Positions 36,177 through 45,616 of a DNA stretch of 64,000 nt are shown here, one piece after another. The notes below the pieces were generated by a model, which was not told the origin of the DNA, made no database searches, and was given only the letters and a program-made list of their open reading frames with translations. Both the position numbers and the translations under genes were made by a program. This DNA comes from Alphaproteobacteria bacterium (GTDB lineage: Bacteria > Pseudomonadota > Alphaproteobacteria > SHVP01), in NCBI GenBank assembly GCA_040216735.1, contig JAVJOO010000004.1:19019-83018 (forward strand), given 5' to 3'. Within the stretch, counting starts at the first letter, position 1. Every line of letters begins with the position of its first letter.

Positions 36177-36889
36177 CGCTGACGATCGAGATCGAGTATA
36201 CCGATGGCCGCTTGGTGCAGCGGGCCGTGCGGCTCGACCGGATGTACAATTTCGGGTCCGCCACGCGCAATGCGGACGATGCTGTGGCCCACCAGGAGGA
36301 GGTAGCCAAGGCAGGTATCGGGATCGCGTTCGATATTCCGGCGCCGCGGGTCTATCCGATCTCACCACACAATGTCGTCACCGACGAAGAAGTTTGTGTG
36401 CACAACGCCGAGACCTCCGGCGAAGTTGAGATTGTGCTGCTCAACGACGGCACAGAGCTGTTTGTCGGTGTTGGGAGCGATCACACCGACCGAGCGTTGG
36501 AGCGGACGAGCATCGTCTGGAGTAAGCAGGCCTATCCCAACGTCGTCGCACCGCGGTTTTGGCCATTCGCGGATGTGCGCGGCCACTGGGATGAACTTGT
36601 CCTCGAAAGCTGGGTCGATGGACGCCCCTATCAGAACGTTGGTGTCGCGACATTCTTGCACCCAGAGGACATGATTGTCGCATTGCGTCAACGCGTGCCT
36701 GCGCTGCCGGCCCGGTTCATGCTGTTCTCGGGCACCTATGTCAGCGTCGATAAGTCACTTGGATTCGGTGACCGGTGGCGAATCAAGATGTCCGATCCGA
36801 AACGGGCGCGCAGTCTCGACCACACCTATGTGCTGACCAACATCCTCGGCGAAATCGCCGCCCCACACCGCGTCCCGTTGGACCGTTGA
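36173..36889 (+). CDS. conserved hypothetical protein (possibly DUF2848-like; from memory, unverified)
   Basis: ATG 36173 overlaps the TauD stop (ATGA). 238 aa with normal composition and no catalytic motif that I recognise. Confidence 0.6.
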   Translation: MTLTIEIEYTDGRLVQRAVRLDRMYNFGSATRNADDAVAHQEEVAKAGIGIAFDIPAPRVYPISPHNVVTDEEVCVHNAETSGEVEIVLLNDGTELFVGVGSDHTDRALERTSIVWSKQAYPNVVAPRFWPFADVRGHWDELVLESWVDGRPYQNVGVATFLHPEDMIVALRQRVPALPARFMLFSGTYVSVDKSLGFGDRWRIKMSDPKRARSLDHTYVLTNILGEIAAPHRVPLDR

Positions 36890-36911
36890 ACGCGCGAGGG
36901 GAGGGGGGCCA

Positions 36912-37520
36912 ATGAGTGACGCGGACTACAGGACGATGGTCCTCCTGACCTACACGCCTGGAACCGATGTCGAGCGCCTCGGCTATGACGAATGGTTGCG
37001 CGAAATCGACAACCCGTTCTTCAATACGATCCCCGGCATCGCGCATTACTCGAACTGGAAGGTGCTTGAGGGAGGCGATGATCTCCCCTTCACCCACTTC
37101 GACTTGCTCGGGCTGGACGGACCGGAAGCCGTGGAGCCGGTCTGGTTCAACCAGGAACTCGACCGCTTTCGCTCGGGTTGGGTGGCCAAATGGGGCTACG
37201 GCGGCAGCGCGCCGCCGACCGCCTCGAACGGCTATGGTCTGTTGGCTACCCGCCAACGTGCTGGGGCGCCGTTTAATCGCTACGCGCGCGTCGCATTTGA
37301 CCGGGACTTGGCCGAGGGCGCGCACTGGACCATCGATGCTGCGCTGCACAAACATTGGGCGTTAGGGCAGCTGCCTCCTGGTACCGATTGGCGTTTACCG
37401 GTCAGTATGAGTCCCTTTGGTGCCTCCATCGGACTGGACTTCAGCGACAATCGTCCGGCCGGCACTGACGACGCCTTTGTTGGCACCTGTATCGCAGCGC
37501 CGCACATGCCTCGGCGATAA
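36912..37520 (+). CDS. hypothetical protein
   Basis: 202 aa with a very strong SD (GGGGAGGGGGG) 3-4 nt before the ATG. Non-repetitive composition and no family recognised. Confidence 0.6.
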   Translation: MSDADYRTMVLLTYTPGTDVERLGYDEWLREIDNPFFNTIPGIAHYSNWKVLEGGDDLPFTHFDLLGLDGPEAVEPVWFNQELDRFRSGWVAKWGYGGSAPPTASNGYGLLATRQRAGAPFNRYARVAFDRDLAEGAHWTIDAALHKHWALGQLPPGTDWRLPVSMSPFGASIGLDFSDNRPAGTDDAFVGTCIAAPHMPRR

Positions 37521-37616
37521 ATGCCGATCGAACTGCCGCACGCGTAGCCCTTCAATCGCTGCGCCGACAGTGCTAAAAGGTTCGGACAAAGAATAGAAAA
37601 CAGGGAGCTCGTCATC

Positions 37617-39179
37617 ATGAACTATCGAAAATCTCTATTGGGTGTCGTCGCCGCGGCAGCGCTGACGGCGCTGGCAGGCGGCGCCGCTATGGCGGAAACG
37701 CTCGTGCTGGCCGCACCCGGAACGCCGGAGGGTTTTGACGGCGACGCATTGCGTCCGTTTACCCAGCACGTTGTCGTCCAGACATACGAAGGGCTGACCA
37801 AGTACCCCAAAATGATGCGCGATGGTCGCCCGGTGCTTGATGCGAGTAAGATCGAAGGCCATTACGCCGAGAGCTGGACGGTATCGGACGGCGGTAAGAC
37901 CGTCACGATGAAACTCCGCGAAGGAATCAAGAGTTCGGCAGGGAACGAGCTCACGGCCGCCGACGTCGAGTGGAGCTGGGCCAAGTCGTTCGCGCAGAAG
38001 CGAACGGGGAACTTCATCGCCAGGGTGTCCAATGTCACCGGCGTCGCCGCCAAATCGAAGTATGAAGTCGATTTTACGCTCGGTGCGCCTAGCGCCATTT
38101 TCCTCAGCGCGATCACGTTGTACGTGCCGGGCATCTACGATTCGACCGTCCTGAAGGAACAGGCCACGACGGAAGACCCATGGGGTCTCAAGTACCTTGA
38201 GACCAACACGGCCGGTTTCGGCGCCTATAAGCTGGAAAGCCTGCGCGCAGGCGAACAGGCGATCTTTGTCGCCAACCCGAACTACCACTGGGACAAGCCA
38301 TTCTTCGACCGCGTTGTATGGCGCGCCGTGCCTTCCGAGGCGAGCCGCGTCACGCTATTGAAGGCGGGTCAGGTCCAGTGGATCGACCGACCGGGCATCC
38401 AGCAGGTCGTTGAACTGCAGAAGGATCCGAAAGTTAAGGTCGAAGGCGCGCAGGGCCGTGCGATTGCGAGCATCCGCATGAACCCGACGATCGCACCGTT
38501 CACCGACGTTCGGGTCCGCCGCGCGCTCAACTACGGTCTCGATAAAGAAGCGATCAAGAAGGGTGTCTTCCTTGGTACTGGTACAATTGCCAAGTCGATT
38601 GTTCCGCCGATCGTGGACGGCTACGACCCGAGCTTCTTCCGCTACGATTACGATCCCGCGATGGCGAAAAAACTGCTTGCCGAAGCTGGCGCGGAGAACA
38701 TGGAGGCTGAACTGCTCTACGCCGGTATCTTCCCGTGGATGGAGACGATGGCGATTCAGGTTGCCGATCAACTCAATCAGCTTGGGATCAAGATCACCGC
38801 TACACGCATCACCGACTCAGATCTGAGATCGCGCGGTGCTCCGGCGGTGCAGGATATGCCGTTCTTCACGATGGAAGACGGCCCGATCGTCCTCGATCCG
38901 GTCTACACGCTGTCGCTTATCGCGCAGTCTTCGGGCGTGTCCAACCGCGCCAAGTACAAGAACGACGAACTGGATCGAATCGTCGATGAGGCCAAGGAAG
39001 AGCTTGATCGCGATAAGCGCATCGCGCTCATGAAGCAGGCCCAGAAGATCTGGCTCGACGATGCTCCTTGGTTGATGACGGTCTATCCCGATTCGTTCGA
39101 GGCGATGGCGCCGAAGATCGTCGGGTGGACGCACTATCCGGACGAGCATGAGCGCTGGTCCGACCTGCGCTACGAGTAG
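37617..39179 (+). CDS. ABC transporter substrate-binding protein, family 5 (second system)
   Basis: 520 aa with Sec signal MNYRKSLLGVVAAAALTALAGGAAMA. DppA/OppA-like. Confidence 0.9.
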   Translation: MNYRKSLLGVVAAAALTALAGGAAMAETLVLAAPGTPEGFDGDALRPFTQHVVVQTYEGLTKYPKMMRDGRPVLDASKIEGHYAESWTVSDGGKTVTMKLREGIKSSAGNELTAADVEWSWAKSFAQKRTGNFIARVSNVTGVAAKSKYEVDFTLGAPSAIFLSAITLYVPGIYDSTVLKEQATTEDPWGLKYLETNTAGFGAYKLESLRAGEQAIFVANPNYHWDKPFFDRVVWRAVPSEASRVTLLKAGQVQWIDRPGIQQVVELQKDPKVKVEGAQGRAIASIRMNPTIAPFTDVRVRRALNYGLDKEAIKKGVFLGTGTIAKSIVPPIVDGYDPSFFRYDYDPAMAKKLLAEAGAENMEAELLYAGIFPWMETMAIQVADQLNQLGIKITATRITDSDLRSRGAPAVQDMPFFTMEDGPIVLDPVYTLSLIAQSSGVSNRAKYKNDELDRIVDEAKEELDRDKRIALMKQAQKIWLDDAPWLMTVYPDSFEAMAPKIVGWTHYPDEHERWSDLRYE

Positions 39180-39261
39180 AAGCCCGCTGCGATGGAGTCC
39201 CGGATACGACCGGGGCTCCATGGCTTCCGAAGCAATCCATGTCTTTTGACAAGGTAATCAC

Positions 39262-40275
39262 GTGACCTTGCGAGTGATGCTCGTTCGGCGGATGCTTTTG
39301 GCATTGCCGTTGCTGATAGGCATCCTTTTCTTCACGTTCATGCTGATCCGCATCGGCGGCCAAGATCCGGTGGGCCTATTGGCCGGTCCGACGGCAACAG
39401 CCGAGGAAATGGAGCTAATCCGTGGTGAGCTGGGGCTCGACAAACCCTTGTTTACCCAGTTTGCGATCTATCTTGGCAACGTCGTGCGCGGCGATATCGG
39501 CGAATCGTGGATCAGCAACCGATCCGTCCTGAACGATATTCTCGAACGCATCCCGGTGACGCTAGAACTGCTCCTTTGGGGCGTCGCGCTCGGATCGCTG
39601 GTCGGCGTGCCTGTCGGTTTGCGCGCCGCGTTTCGGCACGACAAATGGTTTGACCAGATCAGTCGCGGCATTTCGTTGCTGGGCTTTTCAATCCCGACCT
39701 ATTTTCTTGCCCTGCTAATGCTCTTTGTTTTCTTCTTCCTGCTCGGATGGGCGCCGCCTGGAATGGGGCGAATCAGCTTGTTGATATCACCGCCGCCGAC
39801 GATTACCGGCAGCTATCTCATCGACGGGTTGCTTGCAGGAGATTTGGAAGCGGCCGGTTCCGCGTTGGGGCAACTTGTCTTACCCGTGATTGCGGTGGCG
39901 ATCATTTCCGCCGCGCCGATTGTTAAACACACCCGAGCCATCGCGTTAGAAATCATCGGCAGCGATTTCGTCCGGTTCGCCCGAGCTTCCGGTCTGCCGA
40001 CCGAACGGGTGCGCCGTATTGTGCTCAAGAACAGCGCTACACCCGTGACGACCTTCATCGGAATCGAACTTACCGGTTTGGTGGGCAGCGTCTCGTTGAT
40101 CGAGTTCGTGTTTGCTTGGGGCGGGGTTGGACAATACGGCCTCAACGCGATCATTCGGGGCGATTTTGCGGCGGTGCAGGGCTACGTGTTGTTTCTGGCG
40201 CTGTTCTCGCTCGTGGTCTTCATAATTGTCGACTTGCTCGTGTTGGTCTTCGAACCCCGCGCGGGAGCAGAATAG
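39262..40275 (+). CDS. ABC transporter permease (DppB-like), second system
   Basis: 337 aa (GTG 39262; alternative ATG 39277) with RRMLLALPLLIGILFFTFMLIRIGGQDP. Confidence 0.9.
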   Translation: MTLRVMLVRRMLLALPLLIGILFFTFMLIRIGGQDPVGLLAGPTATAEEMELIRGELGLDKPLFTQFAIYLGNVVRGDIGESWISNRSVLNDILERIPVTLELLLWGVALGSLVGVPVGLRAAFRHDKWFDQISRGISLLGFSIPTYFLALLMLFVFFFLLGWAPPGMGRISLLISPPPTITGSYLIDGLLAGDLEAAGSALGQLVLPVIAVAIISAAPIVKHTRAIALEIIGSDFVRFARASGLPTERVRRIVLKNSATPVTTFIGIELTGLVGSVSLIEFVFAWGGVGQYGLNAIIRGDFAAVQGYVLFLALFSLVVFIIVDLLVLVFEPRAGAE

Positions 40276-41174
40276 TGGTTGAAATTGCGATCCAACCCAG
40301 ATCCGCACCGCGCAGTAGCCTTGCCAAGGCGTGGGGAAAAGTGGTCGGGGTCAGCCGTCGTAGCCCGACATCAGTCATCGGGCTAGTAATCATTCTCTTC
40401 TTCGGCATCATGGCTTTATTCGCCCCTCTGTTGATGCCTTACAACCCGGTCTCGGCAAATCCGGATGCAATACTCCAGGGCCCATCGGCCGCCTATTGGT
40501 TCGGCACCGATGGAAACGGCATGGATGTGTTGTCTCGCGTCATCTACGGGTCGCGCTTCGCATTCGGGATTGCCATCCCTGTCGTGATCGTGGCCCTGTC
40601 GATCGGGATCCCGATCGGTCTTTATTCGGGGTACAAGGGCGGGAATATCGACGAAGCGATCATGCGCGTGGTCGATGCCTTCCGGGTCTTTCCCTCGATC
40701 ATCTTGGCCCTTGCAGTTGTCGCCGCGGCGGGACCGTCGTTGCTCAACGTTGTCTTGGTCATAGGCATTCTCGATGCGCCGATCTTCGTTCGTGTCGTCC
40801 GCGCCGAAGTCTTGGCGTTGCGGTCGAGTTCCTTCGTTGAATCCGGCGTCATCGTCGGCAACCCGACATGGCGAATACTGTTCGTGCACCTATTGCCGAA
40901 TGCGATCCAAGGCGCAATGGCCCAGACGGCTGTCCGGGCGGCCTGGGCGGTGCGCATTAGTGCGACTCTGGCCTTCCTCGGAATCGGTATTCAGCCGCCG
41001 ACACCGGAGTGGGGCGCGATGATCCGGCAGGGTGCGGAGTTCATGGTGAACGGGCAATGGTGGGTCGGGATTTTCCCGGGCGTCGCGCTCATTATCATGG
41101 TGCTCGGCCTCAATATGTTGGGTGACGGTCTCCAAGATTTGTTGGATCCCAAGCGCCGGGGCGCGAGCAAGTGA
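40275..41174 (+). CDS. ABC transporter permease (DppC-like), second system
   Basis: GTG 40275 inside ORF 40116..41174 overlaps the previous stop by 1 nt. YWFGTDGNGMDVLSRVIYGSRFA. Confidence 0.85.
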   Translation: MVEIAIQPRSAPRSSLAKAWGKVVGVSRRSPTSVIGLVIILFFGIMALFAPLLMPYNPVSANPDAILQGPSAAYWFGTDGNGMDVLSRVIYGSRFAFGIAIPVVIVALSIGIPIGLYSGYKGGNIDEAIMRVVDAFRVFPSIILALAVVAAAGPSLLNVVLVIGILDAPIFVRVVRAEVLALRSSSFVESGVIVGNPTWRILFVHLLPNAIQGAMAQTAVRAAWAVRISATLAFLGIGIQPPTPEWGAMIRQGAEFMVNGQWWVGIFPGVALIIMVLGLNMLGDGLQDLLDPKRRGASK

Positions 41175-42166
41175 ACCTGCTCGAGGTTCGCGATCTTCAT
41201 ACGCACTTCATTTCCCGAAATCTCGACAATGAGATTCGGGTAGCGAAGGCGTTGAACGGCGTTTCGTTCGAGGTATCCCGCGGCGAAGTGCTGGGGTTGG
41301 TCGGCGAGACCGGCGCCGGCAAGTCATTAACCGCCTATTCCGTAATGAACTTACTCAAACCACCGGCGCGCGTTGTCGGCGGCAACCTGAAGTTCGATGG
41401 CAAAAACCTGCGCGCGCTCGATACCGACGCGATGAACAAGCTGCGTGGCGGTGAAATTGCAATGGTCGTGCAGAATCCGCGTTCTTCTCTCGATCCTCTA
41501 GCGCGGATCGGCGAACAGCTCGTGCGCGTTCACATGGCGCACACTGAGTCTAGCGAAAGTGCCGCGCGTGCGCGTGCCGTCGAAATACTAGCGGCGGTTG
41601 GTATACCGGCGCCCGAGCAACGCATGCGGGCGTGGCCGCACGAACTGTCCGGTGGCATGGCGCAGCGCGTGCTAATTGCGATGGCGTTGATGAACGAGCC
41701 TAAGTTGATCATCGCCGACGAGCCGACAACCGGACTCGACGTCACCGTCCAAGCTCAAATCCTCGACTTGCTGCGCGACCTCGTGGACACCCGCAACGTC
41801 GCGGCGATGGTCATCACCCACGACCTCGGTATTGTCGCGCACTATTGTGACCGGATGGCGGTGATGTTTGCCGGTCGAATCGTCGAGAGCGGCACCGTGG
41901 AAACGGTCTTCGAATCGCCGGCGCATCCCTACACTCGAACGCTCATCGCGTCGACGCCGGAACGTTTGCGGAACGGCCGCCAGGCGATCCTTGGCGGCGG
42001 GGCGCCGCCAAACCTCTACGACCTGCCGCCCGGCTGCCATTACGTCGACCGGTGCCGTTTCAAAGAAGACCAGTGCAACGCCATGCCGGGCTGGGAACAG
42101 GTCGGAGACCAGCATTTTGCGCTTTGCGCACGGGTCGAGGCCGTTCGCGCTTCGGGCGCGCTATGA
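41171..42166 (+). CDS. ABC transporter ATP-binding protein (DppD-like)
   Basis: 331 aa with Walker A GETGAGKS, signature LSGGMAQR and a Cys-rich oligopeptide C-terminal tail. Confidence 0.9.
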   Translation: MNLLEVRDLHTHFISRNLDNEIRVAKALNGVSFEVSRGEVLGLVGETGAGKSLTAYSVMNLLKPPARVVGGNLKFDGKNLRALDTDAMNKLRGGEIAMVVQNPRSSLDPLARIGEQLVRVHMAHTESSESAARARAVEILAAVGIPAPEQRMRAWPHELSGGMAQRVLIAMALMNEPKLIIADEPTTGLDVTVQAQILDLLRDLVDTRNVAAMVITHDLGIVAHYCDRMAVMFAGRIVESGTVETVFESPAHPYTRTLIASTPERLRNGRQAILGGGAPPNLYDLPPGCHYVDRCRFKEDQCNAMPGWEQVGDQHFALCARVEAVRASGAL

Positions 42167-43143
42167 CCGAGCCGCTGCTTCGCGCCGCCGGGCTGACCAA
42201 ACACTTCGTCACCGCGCGAACGGGTCAAGTCGTGCGCGCGGTGAACGGCGTCGGTTTCGAGATGTTTGCGGGGCAGACGGTCGGCATGGTCGGCGAAAGC
42301 GGCTCCGGAAAATCCACGGTAGGACGCATGGTCGTCCGGTTGTTGCGGCCGACCGAGGGCGTGGTGACGTTCCGCAACCGAGAAATTGCGAATCTTCGCG
42401 GCCGTGCTGTGCGTTCTCTTCGCTCGGATCTGCAGATGGTATTTCAGGATCCGTGGAGTTCATTGAACCCCCGGATGCGGGTCAGCCGATTGATCGAAGA
42501 ACCGTTGCTGCTTCATTCGCCGTTGTCGCGCAAAGAGCGTTCGGAGCGTGCCGAGGACATCGCCCGGAGCGTTCGCCTGAATACCGACCTCCTGTCGCGT
42601 TTTCCAGGTGAACTATCCGGCGGGCAATTGCAGCGTGTCTGCATCGCCCGCGCCATCGCTACCGACCCCGGCCTCATCGTCCTCGACGAACCAACGAGCT
42701 CGCTTGATCTGTCGGTTCGCGCCGGGATTCTCGATCTATTGCAGGAACTTCGGGAAAAGACCGGCGCGGCGATGCTGTTTATCTCACACGACCTTGGCAC
42801 CGTTAGACTAGTCAGCGATCACATCCTCGTTCTGTATCTAGGCCACATTGTCGAGTCCGGGCCGATGGCCAAGGTTTTCGATGAACCGGCGCATCCCTAT
42901 ACCCAAACGCTTTTGTCGGCCCATCTTCCGGCCGACCCGAAAATCGAACTTCATCGCCACCTGTTGAAGGGCGAAATCCCTAGCCCGATCGATATGCCTC
43001 CCGGTTGCCCGTTCTCCACAAGATGCCCGCTTGTCAGGGACGAATGCCGCACAGCCCTACCGAAAATGATCGATATCGGCGACGGTACCCAGCGCGCGGC
43101 GTGCATTAGAATTCCCGAAGGAACCAACCAAATTCCGCTCTAG
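42163..43143 (+). CDS. ABC transporter ATP-binding protein (DppF-like)
   Basis: ATG 42163 inside ORF 42052..43143 overlaps the previous stop (ATGA). GESGSGKST, LSGGQLQR. Confidence 0.9.
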   Translation: MTEPLLRAAGLTKHFVTARTGQVVRAVNGVGFEMFAGQTVGMVGESGSGKSTVGRMVVRLLRPTEGVVTFRNREIANLRGRAVRSLRSDLQMVFQDPWSSLNPRMRVSRLIEEPLLLHSPLSRKERSERAEDIARSVRLNTDLLSRFPGELSGGQLQRVCIARAIATDPGLIVLDEPTSSLDLSVRAGILDLLQELREKTGAAMLFISHDLGTVRLVSDHILVLYLGHIVESGPMAKVFDEPAHPYTQTLLSAHLPADPKIELHRHLLKGEIPSPIDMPPGCPFSTRCPLVRDECRTALPKMIDIGDGTQRAACIRIPEGTNQIPL

Positions 43144-43261
43144 TTCAGGAGTGGAGCTATACAACGTTTCCGACGCCACTCGAGGCGCACCGCACTCGTC
43201 CAAGTGGCCCGCGATCTGGTAGGATCATCCGTAGAGCGTACAAGAATCGGGAGAGGGCGGT

Positions 43262-44851
43262 ATGAATGTCGATGGGCGCGGCCGGAACGACCGGCTGGTT
43301 GAGACCCTGACCGGAATCCTCGGTGAGGATAAGGTCGTGACCGATCTTGCGGAGCGCGAGTTCTATTCATCCGATGTGTACGCCGCCGGTGCGACGTGCG
43401 CAGCTGCGATTCGGCCCACGGATTCGGAATCTTTGGCAAAGGCTGTCGCGGCGACGACGAAGGCCGGCTATGCCTTGATCGCCCGCGGTGGAGGCATGTC
43501 CTACACGCGGGGTTACGCGCCGGTGCGCGAGGACACGATCGTTCTGGATGCCGCGGGCCTCAACCGCATCGTCGAGATCAACGAAGACGACATGTACATC
43601 ACAGTTGAAGCCGGTGTGACCTGGAAGCAGATCTACGATGCCCTGAAGCCCAAGGGGCTCCGTCTGCCGTTTTTCGGCACGTTTTCCGGCATCCGCGCGA
43701 CTGTGGGCGGCGGACTATCTCAGGGCGCGCTGTTCATGGGCACAGCGCGCTACGGTCAAGCTGCCGACATTGTGCTGGGCCTCGAAGTGGTTCTCGCCGA
43801 TGGAACGGTCGTGAAGACCGGGCAGGGTGGCTTTCGCAATGCCAAACCGTTCTATCGGACCTACGGACCCGATCTGACGGGAATTTTCATCCATGACGGC
43901 GGCGCGCTGGGCATCAAGACGCGGGCGACGTTCAAAATGATCCAGGCGCCCGCGGAAAGCGGTTTTGCCTCCTTTGTCTTCCCGGGGATCGAGGCGGCGG
44001 CCGCGGCGCTTTCGGGCGTCGCCCGTTCCGGCGCCGCGGAGGACGCTTACGTCTTCGATCCGGAGTCGACGGACAAGAACCTCGCAAGCCCGGACATCGT
44101 CCAGGACATCAAGACCCTCGCCGGAGTGGTTCAGGGGCAGTCGTCTTGGCGCAAAGGTTTGGTCGAAGGCGCCAAGCTCATTCTCTCCGGTCGCAGCTTT
44201 GCGAAGGAAGGCATGTTCTCGCTCCACGTCGTCTGTGCCGGCCGGAGTGCTGCGGCTGTCGAAGCGGATATCGAGGCAGTGCGTACGATCGCGACGAAAC
44301 ATGGCGGCGAGGAAATCGCCAATTCGATCCCGAAGGCCGTTCGCGCTATTCCTTTCAAACCGCTGAACGGCGTTCTCGGGCCGAAGGGAGACCGGTGGGC
44401 TGCAATGAATGCCAAGGTGCCGCATTCGGAAGCCAAGCGCGTCATCGCTGCTGCCGACAAGATCTTTGCCGAATATCGGGACCGTATGACTGAGTCAGGG
44501 GTCACGATTTCGCGCCTCTTGATCGGGATTGATACCTTTGCATTCAGCTTCGAGCCCGTCCTCCATTGGTACGATTCATGGTTGCCGGTCCATCGCCGGG
44601 TCCCTGAACCCGAGCACCTGAAGAAACTCAAGGAACCGCCGGCAAACCCCACGGCGGCAGCGCTTGTCGAAGAGATTCGGTTGCGCTTGGCGGACCTCTT
44701 CGCAGAATTCGGCGCGTCCTCCAACCAGATCGGGAAGACCTATCCCTACTTCGACATGCTGGATGCGAATACCGGCAAGTTGCTAAAGGCCATCAAGGCC
44801 TACGCCGACCCCGACGGACAGTTCAATCCGGGTGTTCTTGGCCTCAGCTAA
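43262..44851 (+). CDS. FAD-linked oxidase (PCMH-type FAD-binding domain, GlcD/VAO-like)
   Basis: 529 aa with AAIRPTDSESLAKAVAATTKAGYALIARGGGMSYTRGY, typical of the FAD_binding_4 N-terminus. Confidence 0.8.
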   Translation: MNVDGRGRNDRLVETLTGILGEDKVVTDLAEREFYSSDVYAAGATCAAAIRPTDSESLAKAVAATTKAGYALIARGGGMSYTRGYAPVREDTIVLDAAGLNRIVEINEDDMYITVEAGVTWKQIYDALKPKGLRLPFFGTFSGIRATVGGGLSQGALFMGTARYGQAADIVLGLEVVLADGTVVKTGQGGFRNAKPFYRTYGPDLTGIFIHDGGALGIKTRATFKMIQAPAESGFASFVFPGIEAAAAALSGVARSGAAEDAYVFDPESTDKNLASPDIVQDIKTLAGVVQGQSSWRKGLVEGAKLILSGRSFAKEGMFSLHVVCAGRSAAAVEADIEAVRTIATKHGGEEIANSIPKAVRAIPFKPLNGVLGPKGDRWAAMNAKVPHSEAKRVIAAADKIFAEYRDRMTESGVTISRLLIGIDTFAFSFEPVLHWYDSWLPVHRRVPEPEHLKKLKEPPANPTAAALVEEIRLRLADLFAEFGASSNQIGKTYPYFDMLDANTGKLLKAIKAYADPDGQFNPGVLGLS

Positions 44852-44891
44852 GCGAGATGTTCCGTCCTGGAGAAACGACGCAGCCCGCGTC

Positions 44892-45509
44892 TCAGCCAGG
44901 GTTCGCGGCGAGTCCGTCCTTGAAGGAGGGGCGTTCGACGATGGCTTCGAGCCATGCGGCGAGGCTCTCGCGCCCGGGGCGCCAGTCCACCTGATTGCCG
45001 CGGTTGTGGCGCTGCCAGTCGAACCACAGCAGGGCGCCGGCGATCGAGACCATGCCGATGTGGAAGCCTTTGAACGCCCGCGACTCCACCTCGAGTCGGT
45101 CGAGGCAACGGTCGACGGCGCGCTGATACCGTTCAATCCAGAATGTCGATTTTTCGCCCTCCGGTCGGCGAAGTTCGACAACCCGAAGGTCGGCCGCATC
45201 GAACATACCCTCGGAGAGTCCGAACAGGCGCAACGCATCCCAGCGTTCGCCCGCGTCCCGTGGAAACAGTTTCGGACCGTCGTGCAGCGAGTCTAAATAC
45301 TCGTAAATAACCGGCCCACCGAACATCGGGACGCCGTCGTCGCGGACGAGCGTCGGCACCTTGCTCAACGGGTTGGCGGCAACCAGATCCTCGGGACTCT
45401 CGAAGGGGTTGGTTGGGACGAGGGTCAAAGAGTTCCACACGCCGGCCTCGCGACCAACGATTTCGACGCGGTGCACATAACCGGCCAGTGGCGTGTAAAA
45501 GAGCTTCAC
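44892..45509 (-). CDS. glutathione S-transferase family protein, copy 1
   Basis: ORF 44892..45551. I prefer GTG 45509 (VKLFYTPLAGYVH...) by alignment with the paralogue MKLFYTPIPNMIH at 56085. NPLSKVPTLVRDDG... is thioredoxin-fold GST. Confidence 0.8.
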   Translation of the reverse strand: MKLFYTPLAGYVHRVEIVGREAGVWNSLTLVPTNPFESPEDLVAANPLSKVPTLVRDDGVPMFGGPVIYEYLDSLHDGPKLFPRDAGERWDALRLFGLSEGMFDAADLRVVELRRPEGEKSTFWIERYQRAVDRCLDRLEVESRAFKGFHIGMVSIAGALLWFDWQRHNRGNQVDWRPGRESLAAWLEAIVERPSFKDGLAANPG

Positions 45510-45616
45510 GGGGATCTCCGGATCGTCAAAGCGAGAAGCAATACTTAGCACGCAATGGGTCGTGCTTCACCGTGCGGGAGCGCGGAAAGCACCTGATGCT
45601 TCTGGGCATTGCCGGA

